DNA from: Chrysomallon squamiferum
Taxonomy: Eukaryota > Animalia > Mollusca
NCBI GenBank assembly: GCA_012295275.1
Contig: CM022671.1
Span: forward strand, 28,210,001-28,274,000
Reading direction: 5' to 3'
DNA length: 64,000 bases
The notes under the pieces were generated by a model that was given only the letters and a program-made list of their open reading frames with translations, had not been told where the DNA came from and did not search any database. Below, piece after piece: positions 40,501 through 53,131 of this stretch (position 1 is the first letter of the stretch; each line of letters opens with the position of its first letter). The translations under genes and the position numbers were made by a program.

Positions 40501-43500
40501 TGCAAGAGCGCTATGTTAACCTCCACCTTGATCGATGTCTGAGAAATGATATTTCAGAGGAAATAACCAAAAGGTATTATTATTAAACAATAAATAAGAA
40601 TATTAAGATCAAACTTATTGACTTTACAGATTCTGTATATACTGAATCCATATCTAAATGGATTGATGAAAAAATTTCATTGTATAATAAAAAGCAATGT
40701 ATAAAAACAGTTACAAAGAATAACCTCACAAATGAAAATTTTTGTTTCCAATTAATTTTTGGTTTATAAAGAAAAGAAAATAACAATGTTGACCAGCATT
40801 ATTTGTATTTTTATTATTAAAAGTTTAGGAATTGAATTTAAAATTCTATTTTAGTAATTACCATTAATATATTAACATGAATTAAAAAGATTTAAATATG
40901 TGGATTATTTTTTTTTTTTTTTCCAGAAAACCTTTAACCAAAATAGTTTACAATCTTATGTCTGATAAAGACATCAAGAAAAAGTTAAAAGAACTTGGTC
41001 TTTCCATTCAAGGTGACAGACAGGTAATTATGACATAGTTTCCTATGAAAAAATGAATATTTAAGATGATAAAAAAAAAAAAATTATTGCTTTTTTAAAA
41101 CAAATTGTAAAAACATAAAATATTTACTAAGTTTCAAACTACTTATAAATATTTATTATTTTTCTTTTGTGAACTACAGATGTGTTCAGGATTATGTTAT
41201 GGTGGTGTTGAAATCACTGGGTAATTTGTAAATGTTGATGGATACATTTTTTATTACAGACTTTAATAAAACGTCATCGTGAATTCTTGATGTTCTACAA
41301 TGCTGATGGTGATTCCCTTAATCCTAAACCATGTAAGTATAAAAATTAATATATGCAATATAAATTAAAAACAAATTTTTGTTAGATCTTTGAAAATATA
41401 AGCTTCATTGCAGGATATTTGAATCCATGCAGTTCTTCAGAAAAATGTTTATTTTTATTACTTTTTATATAAAAACAATTTTTTTTTAGATCTTTGAATA
41501 TATAAGCTTTGAGGCAGGATATTAGAATTTTTGCTAGTTGTTATGAATTATTTTTTTCTTACTTTTTAAAATTATCAAGTTCAATATGCAGGAATTATCA
41601 AAAAGAAGTATTTTGCTTGGAAAACAGCTGAAATTCAGTTCTAAATTTTTAAATGGGTAGCTAGCTTTAAGACTGGCTAATTTTGATACAAATATCAACA
41701 TACTTTCCTATCAACAGCTTTGCATCCTCAAATATTTTTACATTTTTAGAAAAAAAATTGACATTTGGAAACAAATATATATATTTGACATTTTATTTTT
41801 GATTTCAGTGTCTGTTTTAGTTAAAAAATTTGAAAAAATGGAAAATCTGAAAAGCACTATGTCAAAACGATCAAATCATTCAGTAAGTATATATTACCAG
41901 TTTATTACAGCTTGAATCATTATATTGACCATAGTTTTTCATTAACAGTTTTATAACTGTAGTAGGTGATCTTTTTTATGCATTTTCCAATAGACAAGAA
42001 AGTGTCATATCCTTTGATAACTTGTGTGACCTTGAAATAATAGATAACTCAGAGTTAAGAGTAGAGATCATGAGACTCGTTAATAAAAATTGTCAGATAA
42101 TTCTAATTAAAAACAGAAGATACACATACTAAATTTGATTATTTTTATAAACCAGTACTTTTGTATGATATCTAAAATAAGAAACTAAAGACAGAATTAG
42201 AAATAAAAAAAACCTTCTCTTCTTGCAGAACATCATTGTTAAAAAAGGTTCCAAACCAGAAGAAATTAGAAAAGCCCAGAAACACTATGGTAATATATAT
42301 ATATATATATTTTCATTTTTTTATTTTCTTATTCCTGAAATCTGTTAAGAGATAACGACAATTAGATTAATATTTTTCACTCGGAAAATCTGAGCCTTTT
42401 GTTTTTAAAATGTTTAATTGATCTTCCAGAATTAATTTGAAATTAACTTTGAAGAATAATTTTTTTCTTCAGCTAAAAAAAACAACACTGAATACAGCAA
42501 ACTGATTGCAGATGTAAAAAAAAGAATGGCCGAGACAAAACATAAATCAGTAAAAACTTCCAGTGAAGTTGACAGTGACATCTGTGAAAATGAAACGGAT
42601 ACCATTTCTGAAGACTTGTATTCACCAAACAGAAATAACTTAGAAGCCGGAGGACAGAAAGAATCGTGTGTAAACAGTGAAAATAATTCTAATTGCTCAG
42701 CTTCTTTGACTGAGGGTTGTTTGAACCAGCCAAAGCGTGAAAATGATTTAGATTCAGAGGATAGTGTGCAGATCAGTAACAAAATCCCAGAAGCAGATCA
42801 AAATTTTTCACCAACATTAATCACCAAAATTAAAGTTGAGCAAAAATCATTTGAAGAAAGTTCAAACAGACCATCAGAAGACAGAAGTGAAAATAAATTG
42901 GACAGTTTGTCAGAAAGTGAATATTCAGATGATGACACGAAACTGGTTTCACCAATTTTCAAATCACGAAAGATAAAGATTGAAAGACCAAGTTTCACAA
43001 ATACATCATTAGTAAGAACCCGCAGTTCGACAGTGTGTTCTGCTGAACAGGTAAATGATTCAACAGGGTCAGTTAATTTACCATCTTCAGAGCATTTCCA
43101 AACAACTGAAAAGAAGTCATCAAGAAGATTATTGATTTCTCCAAATTTTCCCAGAATATCATCTAATATTTTCACACGTTCTGAATTAAATATTCCGGAT
43201 CTTCATGAGATGCGAGTAGAAAATAGTGATCCAGAAGACACCAATGAAACCAATTTCATGGATGCCCTTTCAGATTGCACAGGTAAATCTAATTTAGATT
43301 TTTAAAATCTGTGACTGGCATAAATCGGCTACTTTTGATTGACTTCAGGTTTAATCTTAAAAACTTAATTTTTAATACTGTGTAATATACTGAGATAAAT
43401 AAAATGCATCTATCTTTATGTCTAAACATAATCTAGTGATTAGAACTGGAATATAGGAGTGCATTTTCTATAACACTTTTTGAATTTTGATTATATCATT

Positions 43501-45281
43501 CATTTGATTAGTGAAGCAATAATCTAATTGCTTCTGCTGAAATAATGAATGTAAGAAAAATAAGATCTTCAAGCCAGCATAAAATATATCTGAATTTTGC
43601 AAATCAAAAAATGTCAAACAATTAAAACAATTTCAGATACATTTGGCTCAGATTCGCCTCTTAAAAGGTCATCTATATGTAAAGAAATGTGGCCAGCTCT
43701 GTCACAGACTTCAGATTCTCAACCATCTGACTCAAACAATAAATCAGAACAAAGGATGGAAGAGTCAAGTTCTGCTATTTGCCAGAATCAGGATAATGCT
43801 GTCAGTAGTGCTGAATCAGATGTACTGGATTTCAAAAGTGAAGACCTGCAGGTATAATAATCAATAATGGATTAAAAGAGATAAAATGATAAAGCAGTTG
43901 TAATAAAATTCTAAAACTATGAGAAATGAGTTATTTTAATTTGAGTACATTTTTTGAATGCTATTCAAAGAAAAGATCAAAATTATTTTTCATATCAATA
44001 TTTTCTAAATTAATACTGAGAAAAAGTTGCTTTATATAATTCAGTTTTATTGTATAGGGTCATTCTGTGTCAAATCACCCAATGGGTTAAACCCGACCAT
44101 CTCAGATTTTTATCAAACTTGGTATACTTGTTGACTGGGATCCCACAGCACCAAATCTGAAATATTAGCCCAATCAGATCAGTGGTGTGGGAGATAAGGC
44201 ATCCGAATTTTGAGATTTTTGGCAAAAATGGGCGTGACCACCAACCTTTGAACCCTCATATCTCAGGAACTACTGGGCCAATCTTCATAAAATTGGTACT
44301 GTTGAAAAGGCAATATGACAAGGATTCCAAATGGAAAATACTGGGGTACATTTACCTTTTGACCTTTGCTATGACCTTGAAATTGACCTTGAAAAAAAAC
44401 TAGGTGTTTCTGATGCTTAACCTTCTCACCATCTGTTTCAAATGCTCACTGTATCCTTCATTCCCAGACATATTCTACTGTTCTCACCATTCATAAAACT
44501 GGACTATTTCCTCCTTCCATTCATTTGATAGAACTTTCTGTGGGATAAGATTTGGTGCTGTGGGATCCCAGTCAACAAGTATACCAAGTTTTATAAAAAT
44601 CTGAGACGGTCGGGTTTAAATTTCATTTTTTGGGGGGATGATTTGACATGGAATGACCCTATATAAAATTAGCTACGTATTATTCACATATTTTTGTATT
44701 TGTTTTAGGTTACAGACATTTCTACTTGTCAAAGCAAAGCAAAAAACAGGTAATAAATATATATATATATCTGTCCTTTGTCATACAAATAACCTTGAAT
44801 AGTTAAAAAAATTAAAATTTCATCTGTAATTGAATTTTTTTGATCTGAAACCACCACAAGAATTAAATACAGCTTATCTTTGTGAAAAGTTACCAGTACA
44901 TTTACAAAAGGAGTAAAATGGTTCATATATCTTTTTTCTTTCTTTTTTTGTAATATTGCTTTATTGTCAGTGTTTATTAATAAAAATTGGTTGTGACAAA
45001 CGGAAATCTAAGCTTTTGATCATATCACCAAAAATCATATGATAAAATGCCTTTAGAAGCAAAATTATTATTCTTTTAGTTTACTTGAAAATTTTTTTAC
45101 ATTATTTTAAATTATTTATGTTCAGATACAGGCTTTATATTTTTCAATATTTTTGTATTTCAGGATACCTTTAAGACGAAGTGCAAGGTGTATAAAAAAA
45201 CCCAAAGAATCTGCTACTGCAGAAAACTGTACTCCCAGAAAGAAGAAACATAAATCCACTGATAAAAAAGAAAGGTGTTAA
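37559..45281 (+). CDS. RAD18: E3 ubiquitin ligase RAD18 (RING, UBZ4, SAP), about 752 aa
   Basis: Exons 37559-37615, 38093-38174, 38662-38723, 38993-39063, 39441-39564, 39785-40058, 40474-40573, 40927-41023, 41260-41332, 41809-41882, 42229-42289, 42473-43282, 43637-43851, 44709-44749 and 45164-45281 total 2259 nt, in frame. RING: CPICLDYINTAMLIPECSHNFCSLCIRKYFQFKTQCPIC, then DLRNNRILDSIV. UBZ: CPVCGVPMQERYVNLHLDRCL. SAP: KPLTKIVYNLMSDKDIKKKLKELGLSIQGDRQTLIKRHREF. The last three exons are less certain. Confidence 0.92.
44057..44659. mobile_element. Non-autonomous DNA transposon (MITE, about 600 bp) in a RAD18 intron
   Basis: Terminal inverted repeats of about 100 bp: gggtcattctgtgtcaaatca..aaacccgaccatctcagattttt..gactgggatcccacagcaccaaatct versus its near-exact complement at about 44549-44659. 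TATA on both sides (TA or TATA target duplication). No transposase ORF. Confidence 0.9.
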
Positions 45282-45831
45282 ATAGTGTTTATAGACATAT
45301 TTTCTAAAGAAATTACCACATTTAGGTGACAGTTATGACAAAGATCCATTATAAACGATATGGTTTTATTACATATAAAATTACAAAAGTGTTAAGATCA
45401 CAGCAAAGCTTTTAGCATTGTATTGTGGACATTAGTAAAACATGTTTTTCAACAACAAAACTAATTAAAAAATTTAATAAAAAAAGAAATAAGAGTATTT
45501 TAATACTATATGATTTATAGTATGGTGTTAAGAAAGTAATGAACAGTTAAAATTTTTGCTAATTTATATTTTCAATGAAATAAATTTATTAGTACCAGGT
45601 TAATTTTATTGCATGTTTTCACTGTTGTACTTTTTTACAGCTTCTAGACATTTACTAACACTTTAATTTTTTAAATAATGATGTAATAAATATTTTTGAA
45701 TCAAATAAATCATATATAGAGCTTAGTTGTATTGTTGTTTTTTTTTTTTTTTTAGTTATTTCTAATCATTTACCTAAAAAAATGTTTTCATAGTAAAACT
45801 GAAAGGTTTGTCATTTCAGTTTTCATTCCAA

Positions 45832-48800
45832 CTACTTCATATTTTGAAGATATTCCATTTTGAATACCCAGGCCCATTTACATGGTAATTTATTAAATGG
45901 TATGGGTGGTATATAAATAGTAATTCCACCAGATGCTTCAGCTGACCAATTAAAGAAGCCTTTGTAACCAAGCATGGACACTACTGTAGATGATGTCGAC
46001 AGTGGATCCTTTAAAAAGAGATTCCCTTGTTTAGGCCACTGGAGGCTTACTGCATACACTGCCACATTTCCATCTCTGGTATTCTTTGCTGTGTACCTGT
46101 TACATATGTAATATAACCATTAACTGAACTTTAGTTAAGTATTTCTGTAATTCATTTTTTAGTTAATTAACAAGATTTCAGTTCATTATCAATCACAGTA
46201 ATTTGACTCACTTGATACAATTACAATTCCGTTTTTTATTCTTTATGTGTGTCTGTTAGTTAAATTTCTGCAAAATAATCATTATTCATATAACAGTTAG
46301 TTATTTGCAGTTCACATCTATTATATAACCATACAACTTTAACCTTGAATATTAATTTTTCAATAATTATTAATTATTAATTACATGCAAAAAATATTTA
46401 ACATACAGCTGTGTAAGAGAGAAAGACATTGTAAACTACTGGGATAATATATATATATATATATAAATATTATTTTTTAATTTTTTTTTTTTACCAAACA
46501 TTGGGGTTGACTGTATCATTTTGAAACTTCCATGGTTTTGTGGCATAGATGGCTTCACCATTCACTCCAAGCCACTGACCCATCTGTCTTAGCCTCTCTT
46601 GGTACACCAAATCTATTGTTCCATCTTTCTCAGGGCCAATGTTCATCAGCAAGTTGCCACCACAGCTGAAATTGTGAAATTTACTTTTAAAACTATTTTG
46701 TAAACTAACAAAAATTTAAACAGTCTGAAATTGTAATGTATTTGTTACAGAATAGGTATATATTTTTTTGAGAAAAAAAAACCCCAACTAAAACGTACTG
46801 AAAAACATCCAGATTTTTAAAGTAATATCTGATTATTTATTGTTACTCTTTAATTGGAATTAAATGTTTTTAATAATAATAATAATAAATTTGGTATTTC
46901 TTTTAAACTGTCCAACAAGAAATAAATATTTGATTTATTATTATGAAAAAAAAAAAAAAAAAACCGCATAAAATGTCAGACTACATTAAATTAATAATTA
47001 TATAAATACTTTTTTCTTTCTTCTTCATTTTATTATTATTATTTTATTTTGGTATTTTATTTTTTATTTCGAATTCAAGGAAACACCGATTTTTTTGGTG
47101 CAGTGTGTATAACATTGTGTTAAAAAATGTATTTAACCTGACAGTCTGTACAAGCTGTGTAATAAGTTCTTCTACAGTATGAAAGTCATTTGAATGTGCA
47201 GTTCTTCTCCATGTCCATCCTCTCTTGTCTACAGACATTTGATTCTGAAATTTAAACTTTTGAAGTGTTTCTGTGAATAAATAAATAAATAATATATTTA
47301 TATATTATTAATTATATATAAATATTGAAAATCATGGAGTAACATTTTAATATATTTATTCATCTGTCTTGAAAATTTAGGTTTTATTGGGTTTTGGTTT
47401 TTTTTTTTTTTTTTTTTTAAATTAAACAGCTTAAAATTCAAGCAAAACTTTTTTTTTCTTTTCTTTCATTTAATTCTATATGTTTCAATGAATATTATAA
47501 AATTTTTAAAAATAGTTTAAGTTTTGTTAACTTTTTATTGAAAAGAAATACATACTAGGATTAAAATTATCTCCACAAGTTAGATATCCTCCATGTTTGC
47601 AGGAACATCCAATACCCCATGCATCACTCACAATCACTGTATCCTTCACTGGACTAAAACAGAGATCAAAAATTAAAACACAAATTAAAAACATCAAAAT
47701 CAACAAAACAAAAATTACAACTTTACTGGATTCTTAAAGGCCAAATTTAACTTTAATAGCAAACCTCTTTTCTTTAATGTTTGACTTCGCTATTATGCTA
47801 CAGGATATATGTGTATAAAAATATTAATAAAAATATACTTTTAACCAGAAAAAACTAAATCTACACAAATTTTTGACTTAACTATTAAGCTACAGCATTT
47901 ATATGTATAAAAATATTAATAAAAAATATGCCATTTTAACAAGAAACTAATTCCACACAAATGTTTGACTTATCTGTTAAGCTACAGCATTTATAAGTAT
48001 AAAAATATTAATAAAAAATATACTTTTTAACAAGAAAGGAACTAAATCTACACAACTAATTGACTTTACTGTTAAACTATGCTATTTCCATGTATAAAAA
48101 AAACTTAATAACATTTTTTCTTTCAACAAGAAAGATGCTACACAAATGTTTGACTTCTCTATTAAGCTAATAAATATTTACATGTAAAAAAAAATCTTTT
48201 AAAAAAAATATGCTTTTAACTAGAAAAAACCTAAAATCTACACAAACCTGTCATTGTACAACCAAGCCAGGAAACCAGTTGAGTTCCAGTATGTGTCGGG
48301 TGCCATCCAGTCACCATCAGAGTGAACTATGTCAGGCTTGTACTTGTTCACCAGTTCATACAGCTCAGGCATTGTCTTAGACTACCATACAGAAATTCAG
48401 TCATAATACATACTGAATAGTACAGAGATAATAAAATAATGAATTTTATTTTAAAATGCTGTGTTATTATGTTTCATAAAAGCATTGTTTTTGGTTGTTA
48501 GAATAAAAATTATATACATAAGTAAAAATATAATGAATTTTATTTTAAAACACTGTTAATTATGTTTCACAAAAGTAATTTTTTATTATTATTATATTTT
48601 TTTAATGAAACATCTATCTGCATCCTTCCTTAAGAAAAGCAGATCGTAAGAAGAAAAAATAATTATATAAACTGAAGAAAATCTTAAATACTGTTAAAAT
48701 TTATATTTATTTATATTAAAACTGTTAGAAGAAAATCTAATAACTGTTTAAAACTTTGTTTCATTTTTGTAATAATTTTATTGACAGCAAATCACAACTT

Positions 48801-49817
48801 ATTTCACCATAAAACTAAATAAGATTTGTACCTGATGTTGAGCATCTTATGAATGACTGCAATTACCTTCTATTAAAATTCAAATACAAAATAAATCTTA
48901 CAACTACAAAGTTGTTGGTTGTGTAGTTGTTAGCTTGATCTTTGAGAAAGAGAGGATTCATAAACTCAAACAAGGAATGATACAGTCCAAGATGAATGTT
49001 ACTTCTTTTCCTTATTGCAGTAGCAAGTTCACCTGAAAAATAAATATCTTTTTTATTATTATTATTATTTTTTTTTAAAGCAGTATCTGAAAATCTGTTG
49101 ATATTTTTAGTGTAAAAAAAAAATCAATTAAAGTATAATCATATATATGAAAATGACATTATTATTTTTTTTTATTATTATTATTACTATTACTATTAAT
49201 TATATTATTGTTATTATTATAATTATTATTATTTTTTTTTTGTTGGTTCTGGATTTAAATTTTCCTATTACGTTTTTATTCATTTCAGTAATTTTTCTAC
49301 AAATTTTTTTTTACCATTTCATCATTATTATAATTATTTAACTTAATTATAATGACTCCATTTGCATTTAAAAAGATTATGTAAAATCATTTTCTTGAGA
49401 TCATAAATGCTGAAATCTGGACTGATTAAAAATAGTAAATGGAATTTGTTGGTTATAATTATTATAATCCTAAACAATAAAAATGTATTAATTGACACTT
49501 GCCAACAAGATCCCGTTTTGGGCCCACATCTAGAGAATTCCAGTTCCAACAATATTCTGATGGCCAGTTACAATATCCTTCATGATGTTTTGTCACAAAA
49601 ACAATAAATCTGAAATATACCACAGAAATAAAATGAAGTAATAATTTTAATGAAAAAAAAAAAAATATATAAATAAATAAATAATAAAAAATAAAATTTG
49701 TATATAAAAATAAAATACAATAAAATAAAATAATTACATATATATATATATACAATAATAAAATAAAATATTTCTTTCAAAATAAATCTTACATTTTTCC
49801 ACTGAATTTTCTCATGC

Positions 49818-49858
<41 letters not shown>

Positions 49859-49966
49859 GTTTATTTTTATTATTTTCAGTAGCATTCTGTGTATATATTT
49901 CTTTGATTAAAATAAAATAATAGCTTATTAAAATAATTATATTTTTATTTATCTTTTTATTTAAAC

Positions 49967-50009
<43 letters not shown>

Positions 50010-50609
50010 TGGTACAAAGATATAGTTACATAGTATTAACTGAAACTCTTGTCCAATCATATACATTTTCATATTTGTTTTATTAATTATATAAGCCTAA
50101 TAATTACTGCACCTTATAATGGATTTAGCAGGGTTAATGTTCATATAATAATAATAATAATAACAGAAATCTTGGAATGGAAGTTCATCAAATTATATGA
50201 GGTAATTAATTATATGTGAAAGTCTCTATATTAACTTGATAAGCTAAAGCCGGAAGTGTTCGGCGTACTTAGCACCAGCTTCTTTAAATAAATCCACCCA
50301 TTCGTCTGCGTTGAAAAACTCAGCAGTAAACATCGGCGCGAAATCAGCATAGGTAAAACTGGGAGGAAAGTTAGCCTCCATATACTGAACAATAGCTGGG
50401 TTTTTCTGAACTTTCCATGCGTACCAAAACCATGCCGACATGAAACTTGGAACGGAAAAAACACTCCAGTGAATAAAAATTCCATACTTTGCTTCATCGT
50501 ACCAAGCAGGGAGAGGTCGACTTTGCAATGAATTCCAGTTTGGTTCATATCTTTTGCTGCATGTTACAACAAATAAACTAAATACAAAAAGGAATACGCC
50601 AGCTGCCAT
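45832..50609 (-). CDS. FUCA: GH29 alpha-L-fucosidase-like protein (FUCA1/FUCA2 family), 459 aa, secreted or lysosomal, atypical active site
   Basis: Exons 50609-50269, 49609-49503, 49032-48902, 48381-48248, 47653-47556, 47270-47138, 46665-46495 and 46096-45832 total 1380 nt, in frame. N-terminal signal peptide. Motifs: [89 protein letters not shown]. Confidence 0.93.
47775..48246. repeat. Intronic tandem repeat, unit about 90-100 bp, 5 degenerate copies
   Basis: Recurring aaatctacacaaat.tttgactt..ctattaagctacagcatttatatgtataaaaatattaataaaaa..ttttaacaagaaa, abutting the exon-4 donor of the fucosidase gene. Confidence 0.85.
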
Positions 50610-51702
50610 TTTTGGATCATGTGACAATGGGTCTCTTTTTTTTTTTTTTTTTTAATAACACATGGCTTTTGATTATCCTAACTTGTTTCATTTGCTCCCT
50701 TTCGGTTTCATTTCTAACAAACGAAAGATACTCATAAAAAAAAAAAAAAAAAAAAAAATAGAAGAAAGGAAAAAAAAAGATAAAAAGAGCAGAGAGATTA
50801 TACGTTAATAATAATAAAATCTGATAATAATTTCAAAATAAATAAATAAAAGATAAACAAACAAGCAAATGAATAAATAATTTGTTAGTTTTTTATGACG
50901 ATATATCATTTCACATGATATAAAGTGTAATTTTTGAAAATGTATAACATTGCTAAAAAGTTGATTTATCTAAACTTTTAGTACATGGGAGTCTGCAAAT
51001 AAAGCAAGTATCTTTTTTCTTTTTTCCTTTTTAACGGATACATTATACTGTAAATGTTTAGGCACATATGCTATCTTTAATATATATTCTTTATCACTTA
51101 ATTTCTTTTGAATTTTATAATTTTTAAAAAATGTCGTTGCTTCAGTCTTACTTCCAGTGGCTTATCGTATGTCTCTATCTGTTCGATCACGCACACAATT
51201 TATTATGGGATTGTATGTCGGCTTTTAAATATTGTATTTGTTGTTTGGATATTTTTCCTTCTCTGGCAAAAGCTCATGTTTTGAAGTAAATTTGTTTAAA
51301 TATTCGTGTATGTGTGTTTGAGTACGTGTCTTCATTTTTCCGTTTCAGATCTCATAAATTCTTTATTAAGAAGAAAAAAGAAAAACAAAAATGAATGTAC
51401 ATACGTATTTATTATACAGAGCTCATCAAGGCACATGGTGAATATAAAATTATGGCAGTATATTAAAGTTCAAAATAATATGTAAAAGCATAAGATTTAT
51501 TTATTTATTTAATAAAGCAGCAGTATGTGAAATAAGCATAAGAGTATCATTATTATTTTTATTTTTTCTTAAAGGACTGTTTTTCATCACTTTAATAAAT
51601 TTTAAAGACAGGATTATTTTTAAAATTTTATATAAAATTAAATGTATTTTCAAAAACAAAAAGATAGAAATATCATAACACCGCAGTGAATTCAAAATAA
51701 AA

Positions 51703-51734
<32 letters not shown>

Positions 51735-52422
51735 GATAACGTTAAAGAGTACAGTTGAAGAATCAGGAATCGGACAGAAATTATTATTAATAATGCTTGT
51801 TATTTTTGTTTGCTTCCGGTATTTCTAGCAATAATGTAATAATGGCTGAAATACAGCCTGACACCGTAACATAAACATAATAAAACAATTCATTGCCAGA
51901 ATGTTTGCTCCTTTGTAAACATATAGGCAAATAAAATTATAAATAAAGTAAAACAAAATAATACAAAATTAAATTAAATGGAACTAAATAAATGAGTATA
52001 TAAATACAAACAAATAACAAGAACAAAATCCTCACAAATGTACAGATTATTAACGTGCGTTTTACAAAAGATATAAAATGAAACTAATTTAGTAACATAG
52101 TTTAGAGGATTAACTATACACCATTGTAAAATTGTGTATTGTAACGGTTGGAAGACTTTTTCCCTATAAATGAACTCGATGAAAACGCATCTTGCTCAAT
52201 ATTTATGTAATATATTTTAAACTTAATTCCTAAAAAAATTATTCCATAGCGATTAGACAGCTTATTTACATTGCCATTCGTGTAAGTGTTTTGTTTAGAA
52301 CTCAAAAATAAAATAACAATAACAACAACAAGAGCCAAACTTAGGCCGAGCAGTTTGTGTCACAGCGGCATTGATTAATCAGAATCCCATCACAGTTATG
52401 TATATTGCACGTCTTTGCAGGT

Positions 52423-52561
52423 TCATGTTCCAGAATCTCTTGGACTGAATTTACTTATTTCTCGTGAAGATTTTAATCGTGTTGAAAGAATACATCTTAA
52501 AATGTATCTTACTGAAAAGGAATAAAGACAAAAAATTAATGCAACATGTACACCTCTTACA

Positions 52562-52635
<74 letters not shown>

Positions 52636-53063
52636 GTAAAAGACGTATGTTAAGAATATAAAAGAAATATTACAACAAAAGTCAAATATAAACTGAAACA
52701 TAAAATTTGTTACAGAATGAATAAATATTATTGTTTTAAAGACATATAACACTTTTTGAGATAAAAGATGATTAGGGTTGATCGGAAATTTCTAGCATAA
52801 TAACGTCAGAAATCAATCTTGCTGTTTCTGTTTGTGTTGGATACACTTACTAATTAGAATAAACTTGCATTTAATAAACATCTTCAGACAGTAAAAACAA
52901 CAACAAACAAACAAACAAAAAAAACCAACAACACACCACAATTTTTAAAAAACAGTTTTGTGGTGATGAAAGTAACAGTAAACAGCTCTGCTGGTGCATT
53001 AAGAATAGCTGATCTTATAACCATCACGCAAGAGGCCAGTGTTCTAACCTCTGAGGTAAGGTT

Positions 53064-53095
<32 letters not shown>

Positions 53096-53097
53096 TA

Positions 53098-53131
<34 letters not shown>

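Noticed and set aside
50610-50627. Upstream ATG (MSHDPK) for the fucosidase
   Set aside because: The ATG at 50609 has the better context (aaaaATGG) and directly starts the signal peptide.
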